A stretch of DNA of 64,000 nucleotides from a virus. The DNA lies in IMG/VR virus record IMGVR_UViG_3300008448_000004, positions 1-64,000 of that record; one strand, written 5' to 3'. Below the pieces are notes generated by a model. The model had not been told where the DNA came from. It did not search any database and saw nothing but the letters and a program-made list of their open reading frames with translations. Shown in pieces: positions 20,369 to 29,490 of the stretch. The translations under genes and the position numbers were made by a program. How positions within the stretch are numbered: position 1 is the stretch's first letter; every line of letters starts with the position of its first letter.

Positions 20369-22660
20369 TTACCCTCCTTCTAAGCGTTCTCTTGCTGCAT
20401 CATCTTCTGCTAATCTTTTCTTAGCTTTCTCAGCTTCTTTTTGGATAAGAGGGTTTCTTGAGAACTTAGCTGCTGTTATAGTAGCTTTTAATTTAGCACG
20501 TTCTGCTTTAGTTAACAACTTCGCAGTTGTAGTCTCTGCGATTGAGCTAGAAGTGGTTCTTTCAATAGCATTTACTCCGGAAGTATTAGAACTTGTTGCA
20601 GCTATACCTTGATCCTGTATTTGAGATTTTGTCTTTGACACACTATCCTGTACTCTCTTTCTTACTTTCTTTTTCAACTTCTCTCCGTTCTTAAGACCTG
20701 TTATAAAATTATCAAGATCTTTTTGAGTCTCCGCTACATCTTCAGCAGCTCCGTCTTCATCAAAAGCATTATCATCCTCAAGAGTTAGATCTAAAGATCC
20801 AGCAACACTATCTAGTAGTTGTTGATCCTCTATTCCTAGAGAATTATCTGTACCTTGTACAAGCCCTCGACTTACAAGCTGTAATCTCAATTCTTCTACT
20901 AATACAACTGTGTTGGTAGCAAAGCTAAGATTACCTTCTAATACTAAAACACCTTTATCATCATATGCTACTGCTCTTCGTCTTTTTAAGGTCTTACCTT
21001 CATCTACAAGTTCTTCCTCGACAATACCGATAGTGTATCCAGGTATCTTAACCTTATTAAGTAAGTCTGCTTGAGCTTGTGCATAGTTGTTAGCAAATTG
21101 CTCTAGTTTTCGTTTAACATCTTTGAGATCTTCTAAAGCTCTTTGTGCTTCTTTAATAACTGGATTGTCTTTTAGCTGTTCGCAAGCAGTTAGCTTTACT
21201 AATAAGATTGTTATCTCTTGTTCAACGAGATTTATCTTCTCTAGCAAAAATAAGACGAAGTCGTAAACTAAAACTAAGAGTCTGTTTATTTGAGATAGTA
21301 CTTTAAGAATTGTCTCTTTTTGACGTTGGATTGTATTCTTTACTGTTTCTAGGGTAGAGTTAATTCCAAAAACAGTGAACATATTGGGTAGAGGTAGGGT
21401 ATGAAATAGCTTAACGATTATATCTAACACCTTCACTAAGGTTGTGACTAATCTAACAATGGTTCTCGCAAAAGTTATTATTTTTAAAATTTGAAGACCA
21501 GCTTGGGTTAAGCTCTTAACTGCTTTTAGTATGGATTTTACAGCAGGTATAAGTTGAGCTGGGTTTAGAGTTTTTTGCAGCTGTTCTACTTGCTTTTGTA
21601 TCTGTAGTAGGTTAACTAGGCCTTGGGCTGAATTTAAGGTAGAAATTGCTCCGAGTATTCCTTGGACGTCGTATAGTTTGTTAACGAGTTTTTGAATATC
21701 CTGATTAGGTATATCGGCGATAGTTCTATATTTGCCGAAGTATCCGGTCAAATCTTCTAAAGTACTTCTTAACTTTCCTGTTCCCGGTATCACGGATAAC
21801 AACGGTGTTACGGATTGAGTTATTTCCGGCCCCAGTCGTCTTAATTCAGTTAATACGTTAAGTAGTTTTTCTTTTTCAGCAGAACGATCTGCGTTTGTAG
21901 GTGCTGTTGTTGATACGGTTTCTTGAGTTCTAGCGTTGTTACTTATTGTTGAGAAAGCAGTATATTTTGTAATAGCTTCGTTTAGATTTGAAGCTTTTAA
22001 TTGAGCTTTCTTCAGCTGTTCTAAAGCTCTAGGATTATTTTTAAATACTTTATCTGTTGTAACTTTTGATAAGTAGTAATTTATGATATTACAGATATCT
22101 ATCTTATTGATAGCTTTAAGAGGTTTTAAGATAAACTTATCGAAAAAACTAGTAATCTTATCTTGATAGGATACCATCTTCTTAGCAGAAGTTAAAACAA
22201 ATTTCTCTAGTCCCTTTGCAGAAGGTGGCGGTACGGGCGGCGGTATAGGTGGAGGTGGTTTTGGTGTAAAGTTAGGAGTTATAGCAGTTTTAGCGATTGC
22301 AGGATTTTTTCTAGCAGCTCGGATTATTACTTCTCCTTCTTCTCCAGGCTGTGGCTCTAGAATTACCTCTCCTAAATCTGTCTTTTCAGTAGTTGTTGAA
22401 ATTGGCTTTAGGGCTGGTTTAAGGGAGACGTTCGTTATAGAAACGAACTCAGCAGGGACTTGAGCAGTATTTAGATTAAGCGTAAATTTACCTTGGCTAT
22501 CAGATGTCGTACCTACTGATGTCGGTTTTTGATTTTTATCAATAGCTAGAATAGATGCTCCTAATAGGGGTTGTCTTTTATTATCGTAAATAACTCCTGT
22601 TATAGTTCTCTTACCGGGGGGTAAGGCAGCTGGTGTAGTATTTGGTGTATTTTCTGCCAT
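20369..22660 (-). CDS. Large protein with an N-terminal carboxypeptidase-regulatory-like (CarboxypepD_reg) beta-sandwich and long helical/coiled-coil region
   Basis: ITGVIYDNKRQPLLGASI...GTTSDSQGKFTLNL fits the CarboxypepD_reg pattern, followed by a Pro-rich linker and amphipathic helices. Confidence 0.6.
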   Translation of the reverse strand: MAENTPNTTPAALPPGKRTITGVIYDNKRQPLLGASILAIDKNQKPTSVGTTSDSQGKFTLNLNTAQVPAEFVSITNVSLKPALKPISTTTEKTDLGEVILEPQPGEEGEVIIRAARKNPAIAKTAITPNFTPKPPPPIPPPVPPPSAKGLEKFVLTSAKKMVSYQDKITSFFDKFILKPLKAINKIDICNIINYYLSKVTTDKVFKNNPRALEQLKKAQLKASNLNEAITKYTAFSTISNNARTQETVSTTAPTNADRSAEKEKLLNVLTELRRLGPEITQSVTPLLSVIPGTGKLRSTLEDLTGYFGKYRTIADIPNQDIQKLVNKLYDVQGILGAISTLNSAQGLVNLLQIQKQVEQLQKTLNPAQLIPAVKSILKAVKSLTQAGLQILKIITFARTIVRLVTTLVKVLDIIVKLFHTLPLPNMFTVFGINSTLETVKNTIQRQKETILKVLSQINRLLVLVYDFVLFLLEKINLVEQEITILLVKLTACEQLKDNPVIKEAQRALEDLKDVKRKLEQFANNYAQAQADLLNKVKIPGYTIGIVEEELVDEGKTLKRRRAVAYDDKGVLVLEGNLSFATNTVVLVEELRLQLVSRGLVQGTDNSLGIEDQQLLDSVAGSLDLTLEDDNAFDEDGAAEDVAETQKDLDNFITGLKNGEKLKKKVRKRVQDSVSKTKSQIQDQGIAATSSNTSGVNAIERTTSSSIAETTTAKLLTKAERAKLKATITAAKFSRNPLIQKEAEKAKKRLAEDDAARERLEGG

Positions 22661-22664
22661 TAGG

Positions 22665-23180
22665 TTATTTAGTGTAAGATACTTGTGATTTTATATTATC
22701 AAGGCTACCGCTTATGTTAATGCAGGTACTTTTTAAGCTAGAAGCTTTACTTACTACATCTACTACTGCTTCTGCAAAATTTGAATCACTTAAATTAGAT
22801 AATGCATCTGCTGTTGCAGCTAATTTTGATAAAAGAAGTCCCAGGTCTTTTGCTAAGGTGTTTGCTTTAGTCACAGGCTCTCCTTCTGGTTTGGCTTGTA
22901 GTCCGAGCTCAATAATCGGAGCATTTATAGTCGTACCTGTCTTACTATCTATATTGACTGCTCCAGGCGATGATAACCCGATTGCATTCTTACCGAATAA
23001 AAAAATAGAATCTCCTTTGCTGTGTACTATTACTCTACCAGAGGTTAGTATAATCTGCTCTCCTTTGTAAGGGAATTGAGGTATGTAAGGAGTTTGTTGA
23101 ACTCTAGTGTTCTTATTTTGATCATCCTTAACTAAGGTTGAAACCAGTTCTTTAATACTATTTAAAGGTCTTGTTGCCAT
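22665..23180 (-). CDS. Putative baseplate spike/hub protein (gp5 C-terminal-like part)
   Basis: GEQIILTSGRVIVHSKGDSIFLFGKNAIGLSS...VNIDSK...APIIELG...EPVTKANTL is a beta-helix-like spike pattern; adjacent to the gp5 N-terminal-like gene. Confidence 0.55.
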   Translation of the reverse strand: MATRPLNSIKELVSTLVKDDQNKNTRVQQTPYIPQFPYKGEQIILTSGRVIVHSKGDSIFLFGKNAIGLSSPGAVNIDSKTGTTINAPIIELGLQAKPEGEPVTKANTLAKDLGLLLSKLAATADALSNLSDSNFAEAVVDVVSKASSLKSTCINISGSLDNIKSQVSYTK

Positions 23181-23182
23181 AG

Positions 23183-24040
23183 TTATTGGTTATTTCTTCT
23201 ATCTTGTTCTTTTCTTGAAATAGTATTATAACTAGTAGGTAGTACAGGTATACTTAATAACGTATCCTGACTAACATTAGGCTGTGTGTAAAATGATTCT
23301 AAACTAAAGTTATCTTTAATATCTTGAATTTCAATTTCCTGAGTTGTTGTAAGCCATATTGAGCTTTTATCCATATTTACATCTTCGACGAGAAGCATGA
23401 AAGGGTCACCACTTCCAGAGGGATGCCCATTAGTTATGATTGTTATAGGATCTCCTTCTGTACCGGATTTACTCCATGGATTAGTTGTTCCTGGTTTGCT
23501 GGTACTTCCAAATCTAATAGAGCTTCCCCATCTACTTTCCATTATGATATCTCCAAGGAAAGGTTTAAGTGACAATACAGAATCTTTCTCTGCAATGTCT
23601 GCAGTTGGTCGAGTTGCGCTTTTAGATTGAGGTATGCTTATTCCTTGTTCTATATCTCGTCTAGTCGGCGTTGTCTTTTTAGCTTTATTACCGTATGTAA
23701 TTAAATTAGGAAACTTATTGTGGTGAGTATTCACCCAAAGAGCGAAAGGAGAAAAGTAGTATTTAGATTGAGCAGTACTAGATTCATTTAAGTTATAACT
23801 AGGACCTGTTATGATAGCCACAATTTCATCTTCAACGGGAAATTGTTTAAAATTTACATTTAAAGGTCTAGCTTTATTATCTCCAGAAGAATTACCGAAT
23901 AGGGGAGTGTAGGTTATAAGGCCTAGATTTTTAGGATCGTCTAAAATAACAGAATCAACTCTACCTATAATAACTCCTTTTATAGAAGAGCTATTACCGG
24001 ATTTTACACCCCTGTTTACCTCTTGGTTATTCTCCAGCAT
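23183..24040 (-). CDS. Putative baseplate hub/spike protein (gp5 N-terminal/OB-fold-like part)
   Basis: ARPL...KQFPVEDEIVAII...YYFSPF and PFLGDIIMESRWGSSIRFGST fit gp5-like proteins of large myophages. Confidence 0.55.
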   Translation of the reverse strand: MLENNQEVNRGVKSGNSSSIKGVIIGRVDSVILDDPKNLGLITYTPLFGNSSGDNKARPLNVNFKQFPVEDEIVAIITGPSYNLNESSTAQSKYYFSPFALWVNTHHNKFPNLITYGNKAKKTTPTRRDIEQGISIPQSKSATRPTADIAEKDSVLSLKPFLGDIIMESRWGSSIRFGSTSKPGTTNPWSKSGTEGDPITIITNGHPSGSGDPFMLLVEDVNMDKSSIWLTTTQEIEIQDIKDNFSLESFYTQPNVSQDTLLSIPVLPTSYNTISRKEQDRRNNQ

Positions 24041-24372
24041 TACTTAGCTTCTAGCTGTTTAATTTCACTAAAAATAAGTTCCTTATCTCTTTCTGAAAGT
24101 AGACCTCCTTCTTGAGATTCGGTAGCGTTAGCCATAGCTTTTTGAACGATGCCTGCCATCTTAATTAAAGCTTCATCATTCTTAACAGCTACTTCCATGT
24201 AACCTTGTAATAGAGGTACGATTAGAACAGCATCGCCAGGTTCGTTTATCATATCTTTTAACTGTAAGATCATATCCTTAAGCTGCTTTTCTTTATTTCT
24301 ACTGTTTTTGTAGATATCTTCTAGCAACGAGGAGAAGGTCTTACCGTTAAAAACTTCTTGATTAAAGTCCAT
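24040..24372 (-). CDS. Hypothetical helical protein
   Basis: 110 aa ORF; TATTTATT variant of the late motif upstream. Confidence 0.7.
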   Translation of the reverse strand: MDFNQEVFNGKTFSSLLEDIYKNSRNKEKQLKDMILQLKDMINEPGDAVLIVPLLQGYMEVAVKNDEALIKMAGIVQKAMANATESQEGGLLSERDKELIFSEIKQLEAK

Positions 24373-24397
24373 GATCTTTTAAAATAAATAGTGAGCC

Positions 24398-25168
24398 TTA
24401 AAAAATATCTGAACTGTAACCGTATTCTAAGTATCTATTGTTTAGAGCTTTATATAATTTCTTTAGTCTCTTGATTATACTAGTTACAACCGGGGTTGGT
24501 GCGTCTGTAATCTCTCTGATGTATATATACAGGGCTTTTTTGGATAGTATATCTAGGTTTTCTCTTTTACGGAAGAGTTCTAATATAGCATCAGCTACTT
24601 TAGCGTCTCTCTCTTTAGGGAAGAATAAACTAAGATTACTCTCTACGTATTTAACAAATAAATCAAGTACGCTAGTTGTTTCAAGATTCTGTTCCTTATC
24701 TATACTATTTACTATACCAGCCAAGATTGTCTTATCTACATCAACATCTTCAAGAGGAGCTTTTTCTTTCTTTCTCTTATAGTTACGTTTATTGTAGTTA
24801 ATTAAATACCTCTTTGCTATAGTACCAAAGTAAGAGTAAGCTTTACCTTTTGATTGATCGTACAAATGTAACTTCTCTAGTAAGACTGCTACTACTTCAT
24901 GTTTAAGCTCATCTATCGTATTAACTTCTGTATAATAGAACTTAAAAGTGTGAATTATATTTTCTGCTAGTTTATGAAAAGCATAATTAATCTTTTCGTT
25001 AAAAAGTTTATTCCTGTGAATACTATTTGAACTAGCTAAATACTCTAAAATAGCATCTTCGGTTTCCTGTGTAAAATAGAGTATGGATTGTTTTGGTTTT
25101 CGTTTTCGGACTGTGCCTGCTTTTGTTAATTGTACTTCTACTTCATTCTCTACAAGTTCATGGTTCAT
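24398..25168 (-). CDS. Phage sigma factor (T4 gp55-like late sigma)
   Basis: Sigma region-2-like segment DELKHEVVAVLLEKLHLYDQSKGKAYSYFGTIAKRYLINY, comparable to gp55-family F-D-x3-K-x2-A-F-x-Y-F-T motifs. Confidence 0.7.
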   Translation of the reverse strand: MNHELVENEVEVQLTKAGTVRKRKPKQSILYFTQETEDAILEYLASSNSIHRNKLFNEKINYAFHKLAENIIHTFKFYYTEVNTIDELKHEVVAVLLEKLHLYDQSKGKAYSYFGTIAKRYLINYNKRNYKRKKEKAPLEDVDVDKTILAGIVNSIDKEQNLETTSVLDLFVKYVESNLSLFFPKERDAKVADAILELFRKRENLDILSKKALYIYIREITDAPTPVVTSIIKRLKKLYKALNNRYLEYGYSSDIF

Positions 25169-25440
25169 TTTCTAAAAAATTGGTTTAACAGTTTCTGTAT
25201 CTCCATAACTGTATTAAAGAACGTTCCGACCTCGTCATCGCTCTTAAAGATACCGCGCTTATCCATCTCTGATAGCATTTTATCAGATTGTTCTACGATA
25301 GCTTGCATATTCGTTATGAGCTGATTTTGATCTTCTACGATACGTTCGAGTTTAATATTCTTTTGGTAAAGGTTAAAAACAATATACCCTATGATCGTAA
25401 AAAACCATAGGGCTATATTTAAAAGTGTACTTACTGTCAT
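25165..25440 (-). CDS. Small membrane-anchored coiled-coil protein
   Basis: 91 aa with an N-terminal hydrophobic helix followed by heptad pattern. Confidence 0.7.
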   Translation of the reverse strand: MTVSTLLNIALWFFTIIGYIVFNLYQKNIKLERIVEDQNQLITNMQAIVEQSDKMLSEMDKRGIFKSDDEVGTFFNTVMEIQKLLNQFFRK

Positions 25441-25443
25441 AGT

Positions 25444-26226
25444 TTATAAGTTTTTTAATGCATTTAAAATACCTGGATTGTTTGATCCGAGGCGTTTTAA
25501 AGCTGTTTGAGATGCTTTAGGATTATTTGTTTTTACAGCTGGTTTTGGGGTAGCTGGTTTGGAGTTAGCTTTATTAAACTTTCCGTACCATTCATGTTCC
25601 CATTCTACTCTAGCTGCTAACATATCTGCTTGATGCACTAGGATAGGAAGGTAGCTTCTTAATCGAGATTCCGGTTGATAAGAAATTAGATAAGGTTTAT
25701 TAGATTCATCGTACAAGCCGTCATGTAACTTTATACCTAGGTATTCATTCTGAGAAATTACTATACCTTCAGCTTGTAGTATAAAGAGAGACCTGTCTGG
25801 AACAGTTGAGAAGGGTAGTGATGTGTTGTACTTATACATCCTTCCTAGCTTTTGAATCTCCCAGTCGTTATCGTTAGGGTGAGTACCTGGTGTTTCTGGA
25901 AGACCTAATTTACCGAGGTCATGGTTAATACAAACAAAAGCTAACTCTTCATCAGTAAAATCTGTCTTAGCTTCAAAAATTTCCCAAGTAGCTTTTAATT
26001 GAAAAGCAGCAGCAACTACTCTATTGATGTGATCAACATAGCCACCGGGTATACAGTTATGGTTAGATTTAGTGATAGCAGCAGGAGCTAGAACGATATG
26101 ATCTTCCATCTTCTTATACATCTCCATAAGCTTATCACCCCTTTCTCCAGTAATATACTTACCTATATTATCTTGAAATATGAACCAATTCTCTTGTATC
26201 TGCTCCGCGGATAATTCGTAACTCAT
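25444..26226 (-). CDS. HD-domain phosphohydrolase
   Basis: GGYVDHINRV...NHDLGKLG...LHDGLY...HQADMLA contains the HD-superfamily H...HD...H...D motifs. Confidence 0.85.
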   Translation of the reverse strand: MSYELSAEQIQENWFIFQDNIGKYITGERGDKLMEMYKKMEDHIVLAPAAITKSNHNCIPGGYVDHINRVVAAAFQLKATWEIFEAKTDFTDEELAFVCINHDLGKLGLPETPGTHPNDNDWEIQKLGRMYKYNTSLPFSTVPDRSLFILQAEGIVISQNEYLGIKLHDGLYDESNKPYLISYQPESRLRSYLPILVHQADMLAARVEWEHEWYGKFNKANSKPATPKPAVKTNNPKASQTALKRLGSNNPGILNALKNL

Positions 26227-26229
26227 AAA

Positions 26230-26400
26230 TTAATTTTCTTTATTGATTAAGGATTGTATTTCGGCAATAAGTTCTTTAGCCCTACTAATTACATTTCTAA
26301 TCTCATTCTTAGGCGCATTAATAGTAGTTAATGAATCAATAGTAACTTGTAAATTCGCTAACTGTTCTAACTTTTTATCAACTAAAGGTTTGTATTTCAT
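26230..26400 (-). CDS. Small hypothetical protein (56 aa)
   Basis: Translated by hand: MKYKPLVDKKLEQLANLQ...INKEN*. Fills the gap between neighbouring genes. Confidence 0.6.
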   Translation of the reverse strand: MKYKPLVDKKLEQLANLQVTIDSLTTINAPKNEIRNVISRAKELIAEIQSLINKEN

Positions 26401-26713
26401 CTCTATGTTTTTTAATTATTTCTATAATCTCGTCAACGGAGTTATAATACTCAAAGTAATTATCTCCTAATTGAGTAAGGTTATCATTTTTCCCCTTTTG
26501 AGGATTTATAAAGACAGATTTTGAATACCCTACTTCTAATATAAGCTTCGGATATCTTGTATCTTCAAAAAACTGTTCTAATTTATGAATTTGAGCCCTG
26601 TACTCGGGGTCGGAGACTTCTATAGCAGTAAACGGTATTTTACTCTTCTTTAGAATCTTGATGGTATCATCGCAGAAACCACACCCTTCCATTTTAAATA
26701 CTCTTACTTTCAT
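26378..26713 (-). CDS. Glutaredoxin-like protein
   Basis: MEGCGFCDDTIKILKKSKIPFTAIEV...RYPKLIL shows a CxxC motif and thioredoxin-fold pattern. Confidence 0.8.
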   Translation of the reverse strand: MKVRVFKMEGCGFCDDTIKILKKSKIPFTAIEVSDPEYRAQIHKLEQFFEDTRYPKLILEVGYSKSVFINPQKGKNDNLTQLGDNYFEYYNSVDEIIEIIKKHRDEIQTFS

Positions 26714-26783
26714 CTTTCATTCTTTTATCTTTCTTCTTACTTACTTTCTTTCCTTCTTTTCTTAAGAAGAAATGCTTATAGCA

Positions 26784-26814
26784 AAAAGCTAAGGTTTTTT
26801 TAGCAGAAAAACAA
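26784..26814 (-). promoter_or_regulatory. Early-type promoter (Bacteroidota -33/-7)
   Basis: TTG-N20-TAGCTTTT upstream of the glutaredoxin gene. Confidence 0.6.
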
Positions 26815-26834
26815 CTTTCTAGAAAAAAAATATT

Positions 26835-27107
26835 TTAACTGAGAGATCTTAAGATGAGAATACCTTCATCATACAATTCCCATAATTCCCATTCTACACA
26901 CAAATCAACGATTTTGGAAGTTTCGTTTAAGATAATTCGCTTCGTTTCTTCATCTAAAGAACTAATAAATTCCGAAGCATCTGCACTCTGTAATGTGCTA
27001 GATATAGCTAATATATATTCTGTAATACTAGAGAAGTACTGGTTTAGGATCTCTTCCGTAGCTTCTTCTAAACCCATTTCTAATGTTAATGCATCTAATT
27101 CAGTCAT
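26835..27107 (-). CDS. Acidic hypothetical protein
   Basis: 90 aa Glu-rich ORF downstream of an early-type promoter and hairpin. Confidence 0.65.
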   Translation of the reverse strand: MTELDALTLEMGLEEATEEILNQYFSSITEYILAISSTLQSADASEFISSLDEETKRIILNETSKIVDLCVEWELWELYDEGILILRSLS

Positions 27108-27118
27108 AGCTTCTTAAC

Positions 27119-27153
27119 AAAAAGCGGGCCCAGGTTACTCCTAACCCAGGCCC
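27119..27153 (-). terminator. Hairpin plus U-tract (terminator or attenuator)
   Basis: GGGCCTGGGTTA-GGAG-TAACCTGGGCCC then GCTTTTT. The 12-bp stem pairs fully only as minus-strand RNA (two G:U pairs). Confidence 0.65.
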
Positions 27154-27179
27154 TATATTTACACCCTAACCAACATTAA

Positions 27180-27210
27180 TAAATATACATGGTTTTCTAA
27201 AACAAACCAA
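27180..27210 (-). promoter_or_regulatory. Early-type promoter
   Basis: AAGTTG-N20-TATATTTA. Confidence 0.65.
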
Positions 27211-27247
27211 CTTTTCTTTAAATTTTTATTTTTTAATTTAGATGAAC

Positions 27248-27255
27248 TATTTATA
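27248..27255 (+). promoter_or_regulatory. Putative late promoter CTATTTATA for the plus-strand island
   Basis: Same motif, now on the plus strand in front of the only plus-strand genes. Confidence 0.65.
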
Positions 27256-27332
27256 ATGGATATAAACTCTTAAGCAACTAAGAGTAGGATTAACGTAACC
27301 CCTTTCTATGGACTCTGATGATAAACGACTAA

Positions 27333-27545
27333 ATGAAATCGAAATCCAGATTCTTAAGCAACGCTTCAACAGTCTGCCTCATGATCGCAGTCTTTCTAAA
27401 CCCTCTTGGGTTCGACGCCTTATTCAAACTAGTAATGAACTGGACAGGTTCTTACTGGCTTACGGATGCGATTTTTTATGGAGGTGCACTCCTATTTGCT
27501 GGGCTTTATATTTATTTCAAAAAATTAGCTAATAAAGATTTATAA
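27333..27545 (+). CDS. Small membrane protein
   Basis: Two hydrophobic segments (FLNPLGFDALFKLVM...TDAIFYGGALLFAGLYIYF). First gene of the plus-strand island; exact start uncertain. Confidence 0.6.
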   Translation: MKSKSRFLSNASTVCLMIAVFLNPLGFDALFKLVMNWTGSYWLTDAIFYGGALLFAGLYIYFKKLANKDL

Positions 27546-28099
27546 TGGTACATAACCTACAACTACGTGAGTATATAAAAAATCAAGTACTAGAGGTATT
27601 GAATGAAGAAGATAATCTAGAAGCTGAATTAGAATCCGGCTTAAAAGATATTGCTAAAGATATTGCTCAAGGAATTGAGAAAAAAGAAGACCAGTTAAAA
27701 GAAGGTCCGGTTGTTCTAGCTTTAAGCGTTGCATTTGCCATCCCAGCTGTTATTGATGGATTAGGAAGCCTTATGAAGCTGATAGGTAAAGTAACTAAAT
27801 CTAAAGGAGTAGAGAATGCCTCTGAGAAGGTACTTCATGCAGCTCATAAAGTACATTCGTGGTTTCTAAAACCTATTAAGTGGGTTCTTAAAAAGAAGAT
27901 GCCCGACACTCCTGAGGATAAGATTAGCGAATTAGCTGAAACAATTCACAAGTCTATCGTATTCTTATTATTCGTTGCATCCGGTATCGGACTTGCTGCT
28001 GCAATTAAAAAAGCGCAAATCGGACAGGCTGCTGCGGAAGCTGCTTTAACAGCTATAAAAGGAACTGAATTAGGAACATTCGTCGCAAGTAAATTATAA
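27545..28099 (+). CDS. Hypothetical protein with hydrophobic helices, possible head/ejection protein
   Basis: 184 aa with N-terminal LREYIKNQVLEVLNEED and Ala-rich hydrophobic C-terminal helices. Confidence 0.65.
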   Translation: MVHNLQLREYIKNQVLEVLNEEDNLEAELESGLKDIAKDIAQGIEKKEDQLKEGPVVLALSVAFAIPAVIDGLGSLMKLIGKVTKSKGVENASEKVLHAAHKVHSWFLKPIKWVLKKKMPDTPEDKISELAETIHKSIVFLLFVASGIGLAAAIKKAQIGQAAAEAALTAIKGTELGTFVASKL

Positions 28100-28104
28100 T
28101 TAAC

Positions 28105-29283
28105 ATGAAACTTATTAAACTACTATCACAAAGGTTACTAGAGGCTGAAGGAGATGAAGAACAGCAAGCAGTTGGTTCAGATCAAGAAGCAGCCGATCAA
28201 TTAAAACAAGCTTTTAAATCTACTAGCGTAGAGGACTTTGTAACTAAGTTTAAAAGCATAGCTTCTGATCCTAAAGTTCAAGCTGTTTTAAAAGCTGGAC
28301 AGACTGATGCAGACCCAAAAGATGAAGTTGTTAAGTACTCTACTAAGCAATTAAAAGTAACAGGTCTACTACCTACTCAGAATGAGATAGGATTTGACCA
28401 GAGTATTGAAAACATTATCACCGATCAATACGGTAGTTTAGAGAGCATATTAAAAGGAAAAGCTAACGTAGGAGGTCCTATCGTAACTTACCAAGGTAAA
28501 TATGTAATCGATGGACATCATAGATGGAGTCAAGTATATGCAGCTAATCCTAATGCTAGCATGGAAGCGATAGACCTTCAAGGTAATTTAAAACCTACCG
28601 AGATGTTAAAAGTTGTACATGCTGCTATCGCTGCTGATATCGGTAAAGTACCTTCTTCTAATCCTAAAGGTATTAACATCCTCAACGGTGTTAGTGAGAA
28701 GCAAGTAACAGATAAAGTAGATGAGAAGTTAACAGATAAAGCAAAGGGAGTATGGGCAGCTAACGGATACAAAGACAATAAAGCTATTGCTGATCACATA
28801 TATAAGAACTTACAATCCTTAATTAATAAGAACAAACCAGTCCCTGGAGCTCCTGGACGTAAGGACATGCCTCAAACAGATGCAGGCGGAACTAAGATTA
28901 CTGATAAGCTCGGACACATTGCACAAGGACAAGTTAACTTTAAAGATCCGGCTGCCGGTGATGTAAAGAAGGAAGCGAATCTAAATTTATTCGAGATGCT
29001 TGTCGATAGATTAGATGAAGCTGCTTACGCCGATTTATCCGGAATAGAGATAGGAAAGCAAGAGTATGATCCTAGAACAGGATCTAGAACAACTGTACAG
29101 GATATTAATCCGGAAACCGGAAAAGTAACTTGGGATGTTCAATACGATATAACTGCAAAAGAGGTTCATGAAAAACTAGACGATCTTGTAGAATTTATGG
29201 ATAAAGTGAAGCCCGGATCGGATCTTCATAAAGTCCTCCAGATTATAAAGTCGTTAAGAAGACAAGTAGCTAAGCAGATATAA
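28105..29283 (+). CDS. ParB/Srx-like domain protein
   Basis: GGPIVTYQGKYVIDGHHRW is the ParB-N/sulfiredoxin motif; N-terminus MKLIKLLSQRLLEAE. Confidence 0.75.
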   Translation: MKLIKLLSQRLLEAEGDEEQQAVGSDQEAADQLKQAFKSTSVEDFVTKFKSIASDPKVQAVLKAGQTDADPKDEVVKYSTKQLKVTGLLPTQNEIGFDQSIENIITDQYGSLESILKGKANVGGPIVTYQGKYVIDGHHRWSQVYAANPNASMEAIDLQGNLKPTEMLKVVHAAIAADIGKVPSSNPKGINILNGVSEKQVTDKVDEKLTDKAKGVWAANGYKDNKAIADHIYKNLQSLINKNKPVPGAPGRKDMPQTDAGGTKITDKLGHIAQGQVNFKDPAAGDVKKEANLNLFEMLVDRLDEAAYADLSGIEIGKQEYDPRTGSRTTVQDINPETGKVTWDVQYDITAKEVHEKLDDLVEFMDKVKPGSDLHKVLQIIKSLRRQVAKQI

Positions 29284-29355
29284 GACCTATTCTCAGACCT
29301 AATATCCCTTGCATCTCCCGGTTCTCTCTAAAAAACAATATCTATATATAGAAAT

Positions 29356-29380
29356 AAAAAACCCTTGGAGAAACCAAGGG
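29356..29380 (-). terminator. Rho-independent terminator at the convergent junction
   Basis: CCCTTGG-5nt-CCAAGGG followed by a T6 run on the minus strand. Confidence 0.65.
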
Positions 29381-29402
29381 AAAATAGGGGAGATTAAGGG
29401 GC

Positions 29403-29452
29403 TAACTACTTGAGAATGAATGAGTTATAACTAGTTGATAATCAATGATTTA
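29403..29452. repeat. Tandem 25-bp palindrome pair (locus A)
   Basis: TAACTACTTGAGAATGAATGAGTTA directly followed by TAACTAGTTGATAATCAATGATTTA. Confidence 0.85.
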
Positions 29453-29462
29453 CATATAATAG

Positions 29463-29490
29463 AAAAGCCCCATATCGGGGCTCTTTTTTT
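29463..29490. terminator. Probable bidirectional terminator
   Basis: AAAAGCCCC-ATATC-GGGGCTCTTTTTTT. Confidence 0.75.
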
